From Clostridia bacterium (GTDB lineage: Bacteria; Bacillota; Clostridia; Oscillospirales; CAG-272): a stretch of 64,000 bases of DNA. Under the pieces are notes generated by a model that was given only the letters and a program-made list of their open reading frames with translations, had not been told where the DNA came from and did not search any database. Positions within the stretch are counted from its first letter, which is position 1. Every line of letters starts with the position of its first letter. The DNA is taken from NCBI GenBank assembly GCA_017622085.1, contig JAGARU010000097.1, positions 23,956 through 87,955 of the forward strand, in the 5' to 3' direction. Shown one piece after another: positions 38,871 through 47,567 of the stretch. Position numbers and translations under genes: made by a program.

Positions 38871-40319
38871 ATGATATACGACATTGCAATAATCGGTGCC
38901 GGTGTAACCGGTGCCATGACTGCGTACTATTTAGCAAAGTACGATCTTCACGTAGCCGTCCTTGAAAAGAACTCGGACGTAGCGTCCGGTACTACCAAGG
39001 CCAATTCCGCCATTGTTCACGCCGGCTTTGATGCCAAGCCCGGCACCAAAAAGGCTGCCCTCAACGTGAAGGGCTGTGCCATGATGGAGACCTTGACCGA
39101 GACCTTGGGTGTCCACTATAAAAAATGCGGCTCCTACGTTCTCGGCTTCTCCGACGGAGATAAGGACCGCCTTGAAGAACTGAAGGCGCGTGGTGAGCAG
39201 AACGGCGTACCGGAGCTTTCCATCCTTTCGGGTGAGGAGCTGAGAAAAAAGGAACCCAACCTCTCCCCGGAGGTCAAATGGGCCCTCAGTGCTCCAACCG
39301 CGGGCATCGTCTGTCCCTACGACTTGACTCTTGCCTTGGCGGAAAACGCTGCCTCCAACGGTGTGGATTTCTATTTTGATTTTCCCGTTTGCGCGGTTCG
39401 CCGCGCAGGCGAGACCTACGTCCTTGAAGGAAACGGCAGGGAAGTAGAGGCACGCTATATCGTCAACGCCGCAGGTCTTGCCTCGGCGGATATGGCAACT
39501 CTTTTGGGCGAGGAGAATTTCCCCGTCACTATTTTGCCCCGCCGCGGCGAGTATATGCTTTTGGATCGCGCCGAGGGAGCCTTCGTTTCCGCTACCATGT
39601 TCGTCCTGCCCGATGAGCGCGGCAAGGGAATTTTGATCTCCCCCACCGTGGACGGCAATCTGATCGTGGGCCCCAATGCCCAACTGGTTGAGGATCGTGA
39701 GGATCGCGCCACCACCGATGCCGGCCTTGCGGAGATCACCGCCGGTGCCAGACGCATTGCTCCCGGCGTAAATCTTCGCGCCGTTATCACCTCCTTCGCC
39801 GGCGTTCGCTCTACCCCCTCCACCGGCGACTTCTATCTTGAAATTTCCGAGCAGTGCCCCCACGTGATCCACGCGGTCGGCATTGAATCCCCCGGACTTG
39901 CTTCCTCTCCTGCCGTTGGCGAGTACATCGTATCCCTCCTTGCCAAGGACGGCGTGGTCCTGCGCGAGAAGGAGACGTACGTTAAGGAGCGCCGCCCCGG
40001 CGGCAACCGCCCCCTCTTCCGTGACCTCAGCGAGGCGGAAAAGCAGGCGCGTATTAAGGAAGACCCCGCCTACGGCAAGATCGTCTGCCGTTGCGAGACC
40101 ATCACCGAGGGTGATATTTTAGATGCCATCCGCCGCCCCGTGGGTGCGCGGAATCTGGATATGGTCAAGCGCCGCGTCCGCGCCGGCATGGGCCGCTGTC
40201 AGGGCGGCTTCTGCTCCCCCCGCGTTGCGGAGCTGTTGGCCTCGGAGCTTAAGGTTCCCCTCAGTACCATCACCAAAACCGGCGGCGGATCCTATCTGCT
40301 GACCGAAAAGACCAAGTAA
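38871..40319 (+). CDS. FAD-dependent oxidoreductase, GlpA/L-2-hydroxyglutarate oxidase-like, with BFD-like [2Fe-2S] domain
   Basis: YDIAIIGAGVTGAMTAYYL dinucleotide fold and a C-terminal CRCETITEGDILDAIRR ... GRCQGGFC. Confidence 0.85.
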   Translation: MIYDIAIIGAGVTGAMTAYYLAKYDLHVAVLEKNSDVASGTTKANSAIVHAGFDAKPGTKKAALNVKGCAMMETLTETLGVHYKKCGSYVLGFSDGDKDRLEELKARGEQNGVPELSILSGEELRKKEPNLSPEVKWALSAPTAGIVCPYDLTLALAENAASNGVDFYFDFPVCAVRRAGETYVLEGNGREVEARYIVNAAGLASADMATLLGEENFPVTILPRRGEYMLLDRAEGAFVSATMFVLPDERGKGILISPTVDGNLIVGPNAQLVEDREDRATTDAGLAEITAGARRIAPGVNLRAVITSFAGVRSTPSTGDFYLEISEQCPHVIHAVGIESPGLASSPAVGEYIVSLLAKDGVVLREKETYVKERRPGGNRPLFRDLSEAEKQARIKEDPAYGKIVCRCETITEGDILDAIRRPVGARNLDMVKRRVRAGMGRCQGGFCSPRVAELLASELKVPLSTITKTGGGSYLLTEKTK

Positions 40320-40332
40320 GGAGGAAACGACA

Positions 40333-41601
40333 GTGAAAAAGAAGATCGTAGTCATCGGCGGCGGCCCCGCCGGCCTTGCGGCCGCTCTGTCTGCCGCAAA
40401 ACACGGTGTTTCCCCCTCGGATATTCTGATCCTGGAGCGCGACCGTGAGCTGGGCGGCATTCTCAACCAATGCATCCACGCCGGCTTCGGCCTCCACTAC
40501 TTCGGCGAGGAGCTGACCGGCCCGGAGTATGCCTCCCGCTTTGTGGAACAGGTTCAGGCGGCGGAGATCGAGTATGCTACCGATAGCATGGTTCTCTCCC
40601 TTGCTGAGGACCGTACCGTTACCTTCGTCTCTCCTAAATACGGCTTCTGTACCGTAGAGGCCGAGGCCGTTATTTTGGCTATGGGCTGTCGGGAGCGCAC
40701 CCGCGGTGCCCTGAATATCCCCGGCACCCGTCCGGCCGGTATCTATTCTGCCGGCACGGCACAGCGCTACGTCAACATTGACGGCTATCTCCCCGGCCGC
40801 GAGGTGGTCATCCTCGGCTCCGGCGACATCGGCCTTATTATGGCACGCCGCCTTACTCTGGAGGGAGCTAAGGTCAAGCGCGTATGTGAGCTGATGCCCT
40901 ATTCCGGCGGCCTTGCCCGTAACATTGCCCAGTGTCTGAACGATTTTGATATTCCGCTCTACCTTTCCCATACCGTAACCAAGATCCACGGACGGGAGCG
41001 CGTCGAGGGCGTAACCATTTCTCAGGTGGATGAAAACCGCCGTCCCATTCCCGGCACGGAGGAATTCGTTTCCTGCGACACTCTTCTGCTTTCCGTTGGT
41101 CTCATTCCCGAGAATGAGCTAACCCGTGGCGCCAACATCCGCCTGGATCCCGTCAGCGGCGGTGCCGTGGTGGATCAGCACTGCGAGACGGAAAAGCCCG
41201 GCATCTTTGCCTGCGGCAACGTGCTCCACGTGCACGACCTGGTGGACTTCGTTTCAACCGAAGCAGAAAACGCCGGTGCCTCCGCCGCCCGCCTGGTGCT
41301 TAACGGTGCCGAGGAGGCACAAAACGTCTGCCCCATCAAGGTGCAGAATCACGTGCGCTATTCCGTGCCCCAATCCGTCCGTGCCTATGAGACCCCGGAC
41401 GAAAAGGTGCGCATTCTCTTCCGCGTGGATAATAACTACCGCAACGTAAAAACCGTTCTCACCGCGGACGGCGTGGTGATCGCGTCCAAAAAGCGCATGG
41501 TCGTAGCCCCCGGCGAGATGGAGAGCCTTGAGGTCAAGGGCGACGCCCTGAAAAAGCTGTATCAGGCAAAGGAAGCCATTCTTTCCTTGGCCGAAGTGTA
41601 A
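40333..41601 (+). CDS. pyridine nucleotide-disulfide family FAD/NAD(P) oxidoreductase
   Basis: KIVVIGGGPAGLAAAL and VVILGSGDIGLIMA Rossmann motifs. GTG start follows AAGGAGGA. Confidence 0.85.
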   Translation: MKKKIVVIGGGPAGLAAALSAAKHGVSPSDILILERDRELGGILNQCIHAGFGLHYFGEELTGPEYASRFVEQVQAAEIEYATDSMVLSLAEDRTVTFVSPKYGFCTVEAEAVILAMGCRERTRGALNIPGTRPAGIYSAGTAQRYVNIDGYLPGREVVILGSGDIGLIMARRLTLEGAKVKRVCELMPYSGGLARNIAQCLNDFDIPLYLSHTVTKIHGRERVEGVTISQVDENRRPIPGTEEFVSCDTLLLSVGLIPENELTRGANIRLDPVSGGAVVDQHCETEKPGIFACGNVLHVHDLVDFVSTEAENAGASAARLVLNGAEEAQNVCPIKVQNHVRYSVPQSVRAYETPDEKVRILFRVDNNYRNVKTVLTADGVVIASKKRMVVAPGEMESLEVKGDALKKLYQAKEAILSLAEV

Positions 41602-41611
41602 GGAGGACACT

Positions 41612-41971
41612 GTGAAAAAGGAATTTACCTGTATTGTATGTCCCGCCGGCTGTCCGCTTACCGTCGAGCTGGATGAGGACGGCGTAGTCGTTTCCGTTAC
41701 CGGCAATACCTGCCGCCGCGGCGAGATTTACGCAAAGGAAGAGCTGACCGATCCCCGCCGCACCCTTACCAGCACCGTTAAGCTGGAGGGCCGGGAGCTG
41801 GCCATGCTGCCCGTCCGTACCGACAAGGGCATCCGGAAGGACGCCATGGCCGAGGCAATGGAGATTTTAAAAACCGTCACCGTCAAGCTTCCCATCAAGC
41901 GCGGCGACGTGATCCTCGAAAACTTCACCGAAGAGGGCATCTCCCTCATCGCCTGCAAAAATATGGACTAA
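41612..41971 (+). CDS. DUF1667 domain protein
   Basis: CIVCPAGCPLTV ... GNTCRRGEIYAKEELTDPRRTLTSTV. This is the usual third member of the oxidoreductase trio. Confidence 0.85.
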   Translation: MKKEFTCIVCPAGCPLTVELDEDGVVVSVTGNTCRRGEIYAKEELTDPRRTLTSTVKLEGRELAMLPVRTDKGIRKDAMAEAMEILKTVTVKLPIKRGDVILENFTEEGISLIACKNMD

Positions 41972-41976
41972 ACAAA

Positions 41977-42006
41977 CGGAGCTGTCCTGCGACAGCTCCG
42001 TTTTTC
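41977..42006 (+). terminator. rho-independent terminator of the DUF1667 operon
   Basis: CGGAGCTGTC / GACAGCTCCG stem followed by T5. Confidence 0.85.
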
Positions 42007-42007
42007 C

Positions 42008-42036
42008 TTGAAGACGGTATCGGTTTGTGATATAAT
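42008..42036 (+). promoter_or_regulatory. sigma-A type promoter (extended -10) of the TIR gene
   Basis: TTGAAG (42008-42013), 17-nt spacer ending in TGA, TATAAT (42031-42036). Confidence 0.65.
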
Positions 42037-42061
42037 AGAGAAAAAAGTAGAAGGAGGCTTT

Positions 42062-44254
42062 ATGACTGAAATATCGGTTAAAACAAGAGGAAGCTCCTCG
42101 CCCCAAGGCAAGCCTCGCGTCTGGTTCTGCGCACATCCGGAGGATTACGCATTCTACCTCGAGCCTGTTTCCGAGGAAATCCTCGCAAAACAAAACTGCG
42201 CTTTTTATTACGAGAAAGCCTCCCTTCAGCCTTGTGATACGGAAAAGCTTCTTTCGGAGCTTTCTCAGATCAATCTGTTCGTCATGCCTGTAACCGCCCG
42301 ATTGCTCACAACAAAAAATCGGGCTCTGGACGTAGAGTTTGCCTATGCCGTGGAGCATCATATTCCCGTCCTGCCCCTCATGCAGGAGCAAGGGCTGGAG
42401 TCCCGCTTCAACGAAGCCTGCGGCGACCTCCAGTTTCTTGATAAAAATCAGCGGGACGAAACTGCGATCAGCTATGACGAAAAGCTGGAGAAATACCTCG
42501 CCTCCGTTTTGGTCAGTGACGAGCTGGCAGAGAAGGTCCGTGCGGCCTTTGACGCTTATATTTTCCTCAGTTATCGCAAAAAGGATCGTAAATACGCCCA
42601 AGAGCTGATGCGCCTGATTCATGAAAACGATTTTTGTCGGGATATTGCCATCTGGTACGATGAATTTCTTACCCCCGGCGAAAATTTCAACGATTCCATT
42701 GCCGAAGCCCTCAAAAAAAGTAAGCTCTTTGCTCTTGCCGTTACCCCAAATCTGGTCAACGAGAAAAACTACGTTATGACCGTGGAATATCCGGAGGCGG
42801 TAAAGGTCGATAAGACGATTCTCCCGATGGAGCTGGTCTCCACCGATGCGGATGCCCTGCGTGAAAGCTATCCGGGCATTCCCGCATGTACGAACGCCTA
42901 CGATCCGGAGGATTTGGCCTCCACGTTGCATTACGCACTGGAATCCATTGCTCTGCGAGAAAACAACAACGATCCCAAGCATAATTTCTTCATCGGATTA
43001 GCTTATCTGAGCGGCATCGACGTGGAGGTTAATCACAAAAGAGCCGTATCGCTCCTTACCGGCGCGGCGGAAGCCGGCCTGCCCGAGGCCATGAGTAAGC
43101 TGATCAATATGTACCGCACCGGAGAAGGCGTTGTACGGGACTACAATACGTCCGTTCAATGGCAAAAGCGGTTGGTGGAGTATCGCAGAGAAGCATACGC
43201 AGCGTGCACCTCGGAGGATAACACCTGGTACTACGTGGAGGAGCTGTGGAATCTGGTCGAGGCCCTGCTCGCTTTGCACACATACGGGGACGCACGGATG
43301 GTATGTGAGCAGACGGTGAGGATCGCTACCGACCTGGTCGATCGCTTTGACCACCCATGGAGCCGACGGCAGCTGGCGAGGGCATACCACCTGCTGGGTC
43401 AGGTTTCTGCCGCTGAGGGCAGATCGGAGATGGCAAAAGAGTGTTATTTAAAAGCTCTGGTAACTGTTGAACCCTTGGAGAATGTGGGTGGATTTACCGG
43501 CACCGTGTTCCGGCGGGATGATTCTTCCGACTGCTTGGCGCTGGCCGATCTCTCCATGGTGCGGGGCGACTTTGCCGAGGCTGAGGACTACCTTCGGAAG
43601 GCCATTGCGATCCGGGAGGATTTGGCAAAGGAAAAGAAAACGCCTGAGGCGCGCAGAGACCTTTCGACAGCCTACAGCCGGATAACCGAGCTTTATCTTA
43701 TGCAAGGCCGCGCCGATGCGGCGGAACCGTATCAGACAAAAGGCTTAGCTATAAACGAAACCTTGGCCGCGGAGTTGAAAACCGCGCCCGTCCGCCGGAA
43801 TTTGTCCGTTGACTACGAAAAAATGGGCGACATTGCCGATCAGAGAAGCAATCGAACAGAAGCGAGGGAGTATTACCTGAAAAGCTTGGCCATTCGAAGG
43901 GAGCTGTCCAAGGAGACCGAGACCTTGGAATCTTATCGGGATTGCTTTGCCATTCTCAGCCGACTGGGTAACCTTTCCGAGATGGAAAACGAGATGAGCG
44001 AGGCATCGGACTATTATGCAGAGTGCTTGAAGCTCAGCGAAATGCTGGCCGAACGGGCGAGCACCGTGGAATCGCTCCATGATTTAGCCATCGCCTGCTA
44101 TAATATGGCCTCCGTTGAATCGGGGGAACGACAGCGGGAGCTTTTTTGTAAAGCGCTCTCTATCTGGGAGGATCTGGTGCGCCGCAACCCGGAAAACGTG
44201 ATGTTTTCACGCGGCCTCCTTGCGGTAAAGCAAGCGCTTGCCCAAATGGAATAA
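42062..44254 (+). CDS. tandem TIR-like domains + Sel1-like repeats + TPR array protein (730 aa)
   Basis: GAAGGAGG RBS precedes ATG 42062. aa ~165-265: AYIFLSYRKKDRKYAQ ... LFALAVTPN ... VMTVEYPEAV ... ILPME (TIR_2-like). aa ~17-115 repeat the same layout (RVWFCAHPED ... LFVMPVT ... ALDVEFAYAV ... IPVLPLM). aa ~305-370 are Sel1-like (GLAYLSGIDVEVNHKRAVSLLTGAAEAGLPEAMSKLINMYRTGEG). The C-terminal ~330 aa are TPR-like helical repeats. Confidence 0.75.
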   Translation: MTEISVKTRGSSSPQGKPRVWFCAHPEDYAFYLEPVSEEILAKQNCAFYYEKASLQPCDTEKLLSELSQINLFVMPVTARLLTTKNRALDVEFAYAVEHHIPVLPLMQEQGLESRFNEACGDLQFLDKNQRDETAISYDEKLEKYLASVLVSDELAEKVRAAFDAYIFLSYRKKDRKYAQELMRLIHENDFCRDIAIWYDEFLTPGENFNDSIAEALKKSKLFALAVTPNLVNEKNYVMTVEYPEAVKVDKTILPMELVSTDADALRESYPGIPACTNAYDPEDLASTLHYALESIALRENNNDPKHNFFIGLAYLSGIDVEVNHKRAVSLLTGAAEAGLPEAMSKLINMYRTGEGVVRDYNTSVQWQKRLVEYRREAYAACTSEDNTWYYVEELWNLVEALLALHTYGDARMVCEQTVRIATDLVDRFDHPWSRRQLARAYHLLGQVSAAEGRSEMAKECYLKALVTVEPLENVGGFTGTVFRRDDSSDCLALADLSMVRGDFAEAEDYLRKAIAIREDLAKEKKTPEARRDLSTAYSRITELYLMQGRADAAEPYQTKGLAINETLAAELKTAPVRRNLSVDYEKMGDIADQRSNRTEAREYYLKSLAIRRELSKETETLESYRDCFAILSRLGNLSEMENEMSEASDYYAECLKLSEMLAERASTVESLHDLAIACYNMASVESGERQRELFCKALSIWEDLVRRNPENVMFSRGLLAVKQALAQME

Positions 44255-44295
44255 GGGTATTCAAAGAGAAACGGGAGAGATCTCCCTGTCCGAAA

Positions 44296-44337
44296 ACAAA
44301 AAAGAAGCACTTGCAAAAGCAAGTGCTTCTTTTTTTT
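44296..44337. terminator. bidirectional terminator shared by the TIR gene and tRNA-Leu
   Basis: AGAAGCACTTGC-AAAA-GCAAGTGCTTCT stem flanked by an A-tract and T7. Confidence 0.85.
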
Positions 44338-44423
44338 GGTGCCGGTGATCGGGGTCGAACCGATACGGTATCACTACCACAGGATTTTGAGTCCAGCACG
44401 TCTGCCAATTCCATCACACCGGC
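44337..44423 (-). tRNA. tRNA-Leu (anticodon CAA), CCA encoded
   Basis: Reverse strand GCCGGTGTGATGGAATTGGCAGACGTGCTGGACTCAAAATCC... with anticodon loop CT-CAA-AA, a long variable arm, TPsiC arm GGTTCGACCCC, and acceptor ...CACCGGCACCA. Confidence 0.92.
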
Positions 44424-44515
44424 GTACCGACGGAAATGATTATATCATACCGCACGGGATATTTCAAGAGTTTTTTTTATTTTTGTAAAAATTCTTTTTT
44501 TCTCGCGGATAGTGG

Positions 44516-44544
44516 TTGATTTGTTGCGCGGAATGATGTATAAT
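44516..44544 (+). promoter_or_regulatory. sigma-A type promoter of hom
   Basis: TTGATT (44516-44521), 17-nt spacer, TATAAT (44539-44544). Confidence 0.65.
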
Positions 44545-44604
44545 GATTCATATTTACCATTTTACCTTGGTAAAGTTTTGCGCCCGAGGGGCATTGGAGG
44601 CAAT

Positions 44605-45795
44605 ATGAAAGGAATCGCAATTTTAGGCTTCGGAAACATCGGCAGCGGTGTGGCCGACCTGATCGAGAAAAATAAATCCATTATCGAAAAGGCCGTTTCC
44701 GACACGGTAGAAATTAAATATTTGGTGGATTTGAGGGATTTCCCCGATTCGCCGTATGCGGATAAGATCGTTCACGATCTTACCCCCGTCCTGTCCGACC
44801 CGGAGGTGTCCGTTGTAGTGGAGACCATGGGCGGCTCCCATCCCGCCTATGAATTCAGCCTTGCCATTATGGAGGCAGGGAAGAGCGTCGTTACCTCCAA
44901 CAAGGAGGTTGTGGCCAACTTTGGTACCGAGCTTTTGGCGGCCGCCGGGAAGAACGGCGTCAGCTACTGCTTTGAGGCCAGTGTAGGCGGCGGTATTCCC
45001 ATTATCCGCGCCTTCAAAACCAGCCTTCTCTCCGACGGCGTAGTGGATATCTGCGGTATTCTCAACGGAACCACCAACTATATCCTTACTCAGATGAAGG
45101 AAAATGGCACTCCCTTCGCCGATGCCCTGGCAGAGGCACAGCGCTTAGGCTATGCCGAGCCCGATCCCTCGGCGGATATTGACGCCATCGACACCCAGCG
45201 TAAGACCTGCATCCTCTGCGCTCTTGCCACCGGACAGCTGGTAAACCCGGAAAATATCCATACCAAGACCCTGCGTAACGTCTCCACCGACGATATTGCC
45301 GGTGCAGAAAAGGCCGATGCCGTAATTAAGCTCATCGGCCGCGCCACCGTTCGCGAGGATGGGAAGGTCAACCTTTCCGCTAAGCCCAGTATGGTTCGTA
45401 AGTCCAACCCCTTGGCCACCATCCGGGACGTATACAACGGCATTTACGTAAAGACCGCGCTGACCGGTGACTTGATGTTCTACGGCCGCGGTGCCGGTAA
45501 ATTCCCCACCGCAAGCGCCGTTGTCTCTGACGTGATCAACGTTCTGACCGGCGCCGACCAGCGCCTGACCCCTTGGACCCGTGCCGAGGCCGATTATATT
45601 GCTCCGGCCGACGCCTGCGTGACCGAGCGTTATCTCCGCGTACCCGCTGACGTTGCCGCCGAGGCGAATAAGCTTTTTGCGGATGCCACCAAGCTTTCTC
45701 CCACCGAGTTCCTCTGCGTCGCCGAGACCGAGGCCTCCTTCCTTGCGAAGGTAGCCCCCCTCGCCCCCGAGGCCATCTACGATCTGATCGGATAA
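44605..45795 (+). CDS. hom: homoserine dehydrogenase
   Basis: MKGIAILGFGNIGSGV NAD-binding fold ... GGGIPIIR ... LNGTTNYILT, plus a C-terminal ACT-like region. GGAGG RBS precedes ATG 44605. Confidence 0.92.
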   Translation: MKGIAILGFGNIGSGVADLIEKNKSIIEKAVSDTVEIKYLVDLRDFPDSPYADKIVHDLTPVLSDPEVSVVVETMGGSHPAYEFSLAIMEAGKSVVTSNKEVVANFGTELLAAAGKNGVSYCFEASVGGGIPIIRAFKTSLLSDGVVDICGILNGTTNYILTQMKENGTPFADALAEAQRLGYAEPDPSADIDAIDTQRKTCILCALATGQLVNPENIHTKTLRNVSTDDIAGAEKADAVIKLIGRATVREDGKVNLSAKPSMVRKSNPLATIRDVYNGIYVKTALTGDLMFYGRGAGKFPTASAVVSDVINVLTGADQRLTPWTRAEADYIAPADACVTERYLRVPADVAAEANKLFADATKLSPTEFLCVAETEASFLAKVAPLAPEAIYDLIG

Positions 45796-45945
45796 TTTTT
45801 AAGAGCCGCAAGGGCATTGCCCTTGCGGCTCTGTGCATACATAAGTGTTGACCCGGCAACAACCGTTGCGTCGTGGAATCGCGGAGGAGCAAGGTGTATA
45901 CTGTAGATGCTTCGGAGCAAAGATTAAACGAAAGGAAAAGACAGA

Positions 45946-46569
45946 ATGCTTTATTTAACGGAAAATTTAAAAAAGTATCGCACAGAAAAGGGTTTAACCC
46001 AAGAGGATGTCGCTGAGGCGCTGGGCATTACGCCCCAAAGCGTGTCGCGCTGGGAGCGGGGCGAATGTTGTCCGGATATCCTGTTTTTGCCCGCTCTTGC
46101 CAACCTGTTTGAGATCAGCGTGGATATGTTGATCGGCATGGATGTCATCCGTGCGGATGAAACCTATTATACCATCCATCAAAAGGCCAACGCGGCACAG
46201 CACCGAGGCGATTACGCCGCGGCCGCCGCCCTCTACCGAGAGGCTTTGCTGGTGTACCCCAACCGCCCGGATATGATGTTAGGCCTGGCCGGTGCCCTTG
46301 CGTTAGGCGGGAAGTATGCGGACGCAATTCGATGGGCGGAGAAAGGGCTTGTCCGCTCGGAAAATGAAAAGCAAAACGCCACCATGCGTGCAGCTTTGTG
46401 CTTTTTGTACCTGCGGAGTGGACAGCTTGACAAAGCACACCGCGCCGCTTCTCGATTGCCCCACGCAAGAGAAAGTCGCGAGGAGATTTTGCCCTTGATT
46501 GCCGAATGCCGCACCCCCGACCTGATCGATGCGGATCTCCACCGCATCCTTTTGGGTGAGGAAAAATAA
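45946..46569 (+). CDS. XRE-family HTH regulator fused to a short TPR domain
   Basis: LKKYRTEKGLTQEDVAEALGITPQSVSRWERGE (HTH_3), followed by ~130 aa of TPR-like repeats. Confidence 0.8.
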   Translation: MLYLTENLKKYRTEKGLTQEDVAEALGITPQSVSRWERGECCPDILFLPALANLFEISVDMLIGMDVIRADETYYTIHQKANAAQHRGDYAAAAALYREALLVYPNRPDMMLGLAGALALGGKYADAIRWAEKGLVRSENEKQNATMRAALCFLYLRSGQLDKAHRAASRLPHARESREEILPLIAECRTPDLIDADLHRILLGEEK

Positions 46570-46606
46570 AAAAGATCCCGACGGCCAAGCCGTCGGGATC
46601 TTTTCT
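46568..46606. terminator. bidirectional terminator (XRE-TPR gene / coaW)
   Basis: AAGATCCCGACGG / CCGTCGGGATCTT stem flanked by A- and T-tracts. Confidence 0.85.
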
Positions 46607-46610
46607 GTTA

Positions 46611-47453
46611 TCAGGAAAAGTGGGACAGTGCCGCGCCGATTACGGTGGCATACTGCGCGTACTTTGGGATGGTAAAGTTCATCTCAAACATCTTGTTCAA
46701 GGTGTCAAATACCTCCTTGGCCTGACGCACCTGGGTCAGGTTTCCGGTCAGCACAATGTCCTTCAGATCATGGTTCCGCGCCGCAAAAACGCCCACCATG
46801 CCGATGGTCTCAAACACCATGTTCAAAAGGCCCAGCGCAATGTCGCTCTTGGAGGCAATGTCGCTGAGATTGCCGAAGTTGGAGGCCGTCATCAGATCGG
46901 CAAAGCCGGGAATGATATCGTTTTTGGTAATATCCTTGATTTTCAGATCCACGTTGTGGATGTTTCCGTCGTTGGCCAGCGCCTCAATGTGCTCGATGGA
47001 GTCCAGATTCAGAATTTTACGTGCCAGACCCATCAGCGTGCCGCCGCCCATGCCGGTGCCGCCCAGATAATCAGGCTCAAATCCGCGCTTGGCGTGCACA
47101 AAGGCCGTACCGGTACCAAGGCTTCCGATAATTGCCTCGTTCAGTCCGGAAAGATACAGTCCTCCAATGCCGATGGACTTAAACTCCGGGGTGACCTCGC
47201 AGTCACAGCCGTAAATAGGCTGTGCAAGGAAGGACGCACCAACGCCCGTAATCATGATCTTTTCGATGTCTGAAAGTCCCAGATTGTTCTGGGAGGTAAA
47301 CTTGCCGAATGCACCGTAGATGGATGTAATAGGGTCCGTCGCCTTGACAAAGATCGGCTCGATCAGAGTCGGCTCCTTGCTCTGCGACTCGGCGTTAAAG
47401 CCCACAATTTTGGTCGTACTGCCGCCAATGTCGATTCCAATAATAACACCCAT
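46611..47453 (-). CDS. coaW: type II pantothenate kinase
   Basis: IIGIDIGGSTTKIVG ... GTGTAFV ... GGTGMGGGTLMGL ... ASNFG ... TGNLT, an ASKHA-fold layout matching staphylococcal CoaW-type enzymes. Confidence 0.75.
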   Translation of the reverse strand: MGVIIGIDIGGSTTKIVGFNAESQSKEPTLIEPIFVKATDPITSIYGAFGKFTSQNNLGLSDIEKIMITGVGASFLAQPIYGCDCEVTPEFKSIGIGGLYLSGLNEAIIGSLGTGTAFVHAKRGFEPDYLGGTGMGGGTLMGLARKILNLDSIEHIEALANDGNIHNVDLKIKDITKNDIIPGFADLMTASNFGNLSDIASKSDIALGLLNMVFETIGMVGVFAARNHDLKDIVLTGNLTQVRQAKEVFDTLNKMFEMNFTIPKYAQYATVIGAALSHFS

Positions 47454-47567
47454 GGGGAAACACCTCCGAATTTATTTTTCTCAGTATAACATTTTGTTGA
47501 AAAAAAAGCAACACTGTGCTATAATGATTTTTAGAAAAAACGCCATTTTTAGGCTCAGGGAGGCGCT

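Noticed and set aside
41960-42062. Possible att-like direct repeat of the tRNA-Leu 3' end at the far side of the TIR gene
   Set aside because: Only an 8-nt match (ACGGTATC, near 42015 and 44366) was found by eye. It is too short to distinguish from chance. No integrase is present.
44160-44417. 85-aa reverse-strand ORF
   Set aside because: It overlaps the tRNA-Leu(CAA) gene and the bidirectional terminator, so it is an artefact.
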